NCBI RefSeq assembly: GCF_006345805.1
Contig: NC_042999.1
Coordinates: 57,102,001 to 57,166,000, forward strand
Direction: 5' to 3'
DNA from: Octopus sinensis
Taxonomy: Eukaryota
DNA: 64,000 nt
Positions 60,070-64,000 of the stretch are shown in pieces. A program made the position numbers and the translations under genes. The first letter of the stretch is position 1. The number at the start of each line of letters is the position of its first letter. The notes below the pieces were generated by a model. It saw only the letters and a program-made list of their open reading frames with translations, was not told the DNA's origin and did not search any database.

Positions 60070-60445
60070 TGCATGTGTTTTTTATAGACCACCGGGCAAA
60101 AATGCTTAGCGGTATTTTGTCTGTCTTTACATTCTGAGTTCAAATTCCACCGAGCTCAACTTTGCCTTTCATCCTTTCATCATGGTCGGAGGATCGCGGT
60201 TTCGATTTCCAGACTGGGCCTTGTGTGTGTTTATTGAAAAAAACACTGAAAAGCTCCACGAGGCTCCAGCAGGGGGTGGTGGAAACCCCTGTTGTACTCT
60301 TTCGCCACAACTATCTCTCACTCTCTCTTCCTGTTTCTTGAGTAATGCTGCAATGGACTGGCATCCCGTCCAGCTGAGGGGAACACATACGCCACAGAAA
60401 CCAGGAAACTGGGCCCATGACCCTGGTTAGGCTTGATAAGGGTGA
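60070..60445 (+). mobile_element. SINE B 5' part (60070-60180) abutting a 5'-truncated SINE C (60182-60445)
   Basis: Direct similarity to 41444 and 49620 respectively. Confidence 0.75.
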
Positions 60446-60858
60446 CGTTTTTTATGTATGCATTCATGCACATGTGTATGTGTATCTTTGTGTATATGTG
60501 TGTCACCCAGCACCACTTGACAACTAGTGCTGGTTTGCTTACATCCTCATAACTTAGCAGTTCAGCAAAAGAGACTGACAGAATAAGTACCAGATTTTAA
60601 AAATAAGTGCTAGGGTTGTTTTGTTCCTCTAAATCCTTCAAAGTAGTGCTCTAGTATGGCCACAGTCCAATGACTAGAACAAGTAATAAATAAAAATGAA
60701 CCTAATAAGTCACATTTTGTTAATTCAGCTAATTGAGGCATTTATTCACTGAAAGTATGTATCTACAATTAATTAGGAGCTATGACCTATGTCTACAGGA
60801 AACAAGTCAACAGAGAAAGAAAGAATTTCAATTATACTCATATGAAAAACTATATAAA

Positions 60859-61027
60859 CAGGAGTGGCTGTGTGGTAAGTAGCTTGCTTACCAACCACAT
60901 GGTTCCAGGTTCATTCCCACTGCATGGCACCTTGGGCAAGTGTCTTCTACTATAGCTTTGGGCGGAAAAAAGCCTCGTGAGTGGATTTGGTAGATGGAAA
61001 CTGAAGGAAGCCTGTTGTATATATATA

Positions 61028-61114
<87 letters not shown>

Positions 61115-61360
61115 GTATGTGTGTGTGTGTGTGTGTGTGTATGTTTGTGTGTCTGTGTTTGTCCCCCACCCCCAACATCGCTTGACAACTGATGTTGGTG
61201 TGTTTACGGTCCCGTAACTTAGTGGTTCGGCAAAAGAGACTGATAGAATAAGTACAAGGCTTCCAGGGAATAGGTCCTGGGGTTGATTTGCTTGACTAAA
61301 GGCGGTGCTCCAGCATGGCCACAGTCAAATGACTGAAACAAGTAAAAGAGTAAAGAGTAA
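60859..61360 (+). mobile_element. SINE family A, full length
   Basis: Matches the consensus, with an expanded central (TA)n. Confidence 0.9.
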
Positions 61361-61434
61361 ACAATATCTCCACTGGATATATGTGCTGAAATATTGTTCT
61401 AAAAGACCAACCAAATGACCACTGCATATATATA

Positions 61435-61630
61435 TCAGTTTCAAATTTTGGCACAAGGCCAGCAATCTTTTGTTGAGTTGGGGTGGAATAAGTCGATAAC
61501 ATTGATCCTAGTGCTTAACTGGTACTTATTTTATTGACTACAAAAGGATGAAAGGTGAAGTCAATCATGGTAGAATTTAAACTCAGAATGCAAAGGCAGA
61601 CAAAATGTCAATAAGCATTTTGCTTGCAAT
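61435..61630 (-). mobile_element. SINE family B, degenerate
   Basis: Reverse similarity to 41444-41656. Confidence 0.65.
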
Positions 61631-62995
61631 CATATAAAATATCACATGCATACACACTCACACATAAACACACACTAATACATGTATGCATGCCTACATG
61701 TATACATGTATGCATACATGTATACATACATAAACAAACATAAATACTTATGCAGACTCAGCCATCACAACAGAATTGATATACTAAAACCAAAGTGATA
61801 GTGCCGAGCAAAAAGCACCCAATACACTCTGTAAAGTGGTTGGTGTTAGGAAGGACACCCAGTTGCAGAAACCAAGCTACAACAGGCTATGGAACCAGGT
61901 ACAGCCCTAGCCTTGCCAGTTCCTGACAAGCTGTTCAACTCATACCAGCATAGAAAATGGGTGTAAAATGCTGTTGTTGATGATGATGACACTGATGCCA
62001 ATGACACCGCCACCACTGACAACGACAAAGTCAATGATGGTGATGGTGATCCAGGAAAATTTTACCTGATTTTATTAAAAATTAGTAACCGATAACTTCT
62101 AATGTATTAACCATTCATTCTAAAATAACCCATATTATACATATGTATATATATATTTACAACCTATAGGGACTGATTAATTTTATATTTTATTTTTCTA
62201 TGCGAGAGATATCAGATATTAGGATTTTGACTGGTAATTATAACAAACATGAAGATTTCTGTTAACCAAACAGAAACTTACTTTTTGAAAGGCAGTAAAA
62301 TTAACTGAATCAGTGCCAATAGGATCTGAACTCAGAGCCAAAAGAAACAAAATCAAATAATAAATACACTTATCTTGGTGCTATACCAATTTAGCTGTTT
62401 TCACTGCACCATGAGAAAGAAACCATTAGAGCTTCAAACTTTTAACATAAAAACCACAGATGGATGAGGTTTTGAACAGAGTAGTTGAACATGTTTACAG
62501 ATGTCAAGTGTGTGGTCTCTCAGCAACTGTTTAATAGGCTATTCTCAGTGGTTGTTGAGATTAGCAGGTTGTAACCAAAGTTATTGATATAGATTTTTTT
62601 TAGGAAAGATTTTGTTGAGAAATATTGAACATATTGCCAGCAGAATTGTGCCAAGTGTAACAATCAGCCATTTCTACAAATAATATATCCGATCCATCAT
62701 GGTCAATGCCTGGTTTTTAACTAGGGCCTTTATTCAAGAAGTAGGCTCAATATATTATAACAATCTACATGCTCATGTGTATACACAAACATACACACTC
62801 ATAAACAATAAAAGAGCTTATATGCAGCAACACAACCTACCAAAAACAATAAATCTCTCTCAATTCAATCCTACTAGTTTTAAAAAGGGCAAAATAAATA
62901 AACAAAAAAATGATAATCATCATCATTATCATATGCTCAGGGTTTTTTGTCTTGCAAGTTATTCAGTGACCATGTTGGTGCTGGTGTTATGTTAA

Positions 62996-63215
62996 CCCTT
63001 TAGCATTCAGATTGATCTGTCAACTGTAAAGCCTGTTTAATTACATTGTTTTAAATTAATTGTACAGCATCTTGTAACTCTGAGATTTTGATGATGCCCT
63101 TGTTTATTTTTAGAATGACTTTGTAGGGTAGGTGTGAAAGGTCAGAGCTGGCTGGTTTGAGCATAAAACAGGAAGACAATTTTGGCCTCATATGGTTGGT
63201 TTAAACACTAAAGGG
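62996..63215. mobile_element. TTAA-flanked MITE
   Basis: TTAA-CCCTTTAG ... CTAAAGGG-TTAA. Confidence 0.85.
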
Positions 63216-63624
63216 TTAAATCACATGCACCAGTGCCCAGTGTCACATAAAGGGCACTCAGTGTTCTCTGCAAAGTGGTTGGCATTAAGATGGGCATCCA
63301 GCTGCAGAAATAAAGTCCAAACATACAGCTGGTACCTGGTGCAGCTCTCTGGAATACCAGCTCTAACCAGACTGTCCAACCTATGCCAGCAAGGAAAACG
63401 GATGTTAAATGTTGATGATGGAGAGGGAGGCTGGTATGCATGGATGACTACTGGTTTTCCATAAACAACCTTGTCTGGACTTATGCCTCAGAGGGGAACT
63501 TTCTAAGTGCAAAAGTGCAATCCCATGGTCATTCCTGACAAAGGCATCTTTTACCCTTTACATTTTTACTTGTTTACAACCGTTATGTAACATCAAGACA
63601 AGGATGCATGCACACACATACTTG

Positions 63625-63655
<31 letters not shown>

Positions 63656-63687
63656 CATATGTATATATATATATATACATATATATA

Positions 63688-64000
63688 TGTTGGACGACGT
63701 GCTGGGGGCTTCCATGGCGTGCATGGAGGCTACGGTTATGGTTCCCGCAACGAGGAGGGAACCAGGCTGCTGGAGTTCTGCGATGCGAATAGTCTTATGA
63801 TTTGCAACACTAACTTCAGGAAACCGACAAGCCACCTGGTCACCTACCGATCGGGCCGGCATACTAGCCAAATCGACTACATCCTTGCCAGAAAAAGGAA
63901 AGATGGCTGCTTATAAATGCCAAAACCTTCCCAAGTGAAGAATGCACCCCACAACATAGACTGGTAGTTAGTGACTTTAGGATCAGGACTAAGAGGGCGA
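63688..64000 (+). mobile_element. 5'-truncated RTE LINE beginning in the APE domain, continuing beyond the window
   Basis: VGRRAGGFHGVHGGYGYGSRNEEGTRLLEFCDANSLMICNTNFRKPTSHLVTYRSG...SQIDYIL...QHRLVVSDF, the C-terminal half of an RTE APE domain. Confidence 0.9.

Overview
AT-rich, repeat-dense metazoan genomic DNA, probably intronic or intergenic. The SINE/LINE/microsatellite complement looks like octopus (cephalopod); that is inference from family resemblance, not a database match. I could not recognise any host protein-coding gene; at most there are one or two weak candidate minus-strand exons. Most ORFs in the supplied track are translations of (TA)n/(CA)n microsatellites or SINEs. Real coding remnants are all transposon-derived: (i) a near full-length but frameshifted CR1-clade LINE (about 21.7-25.45 kb; ORF1 with two CCCH-like fingers, ORF2 APE+RT); (ii) several RTE LINE pieces, one with an in-frame PHD-type finger inside the RT C-terminal region and one ending in three C2H2 fingers; (iii) a cluster of R4/Dong-like RLE LINE fragments sitting in (AAT)n tracts; (iv) an internally deleted mariner; (v) a young Penelope-like element (53.5-56.2 kb) with an open 468-aa RT-thumb/GIY-YIG ORF between 389-bp near-perfect inverted repeats. 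Non-coding elements include Helitrons, TTAA MITEs and at least four tRNA-derived SINE families. The most notable theme is Penelope-type hammerhead ribozyme motifs: about eight are visible. Two loci carry them as outward-facing inverted pairs (the 2.6-kb element and a 240-bp foldback mini-element). There are also several long DNA palindromes, and the central microsatellite of the commonest SINE repeatedly hosts other insertions.
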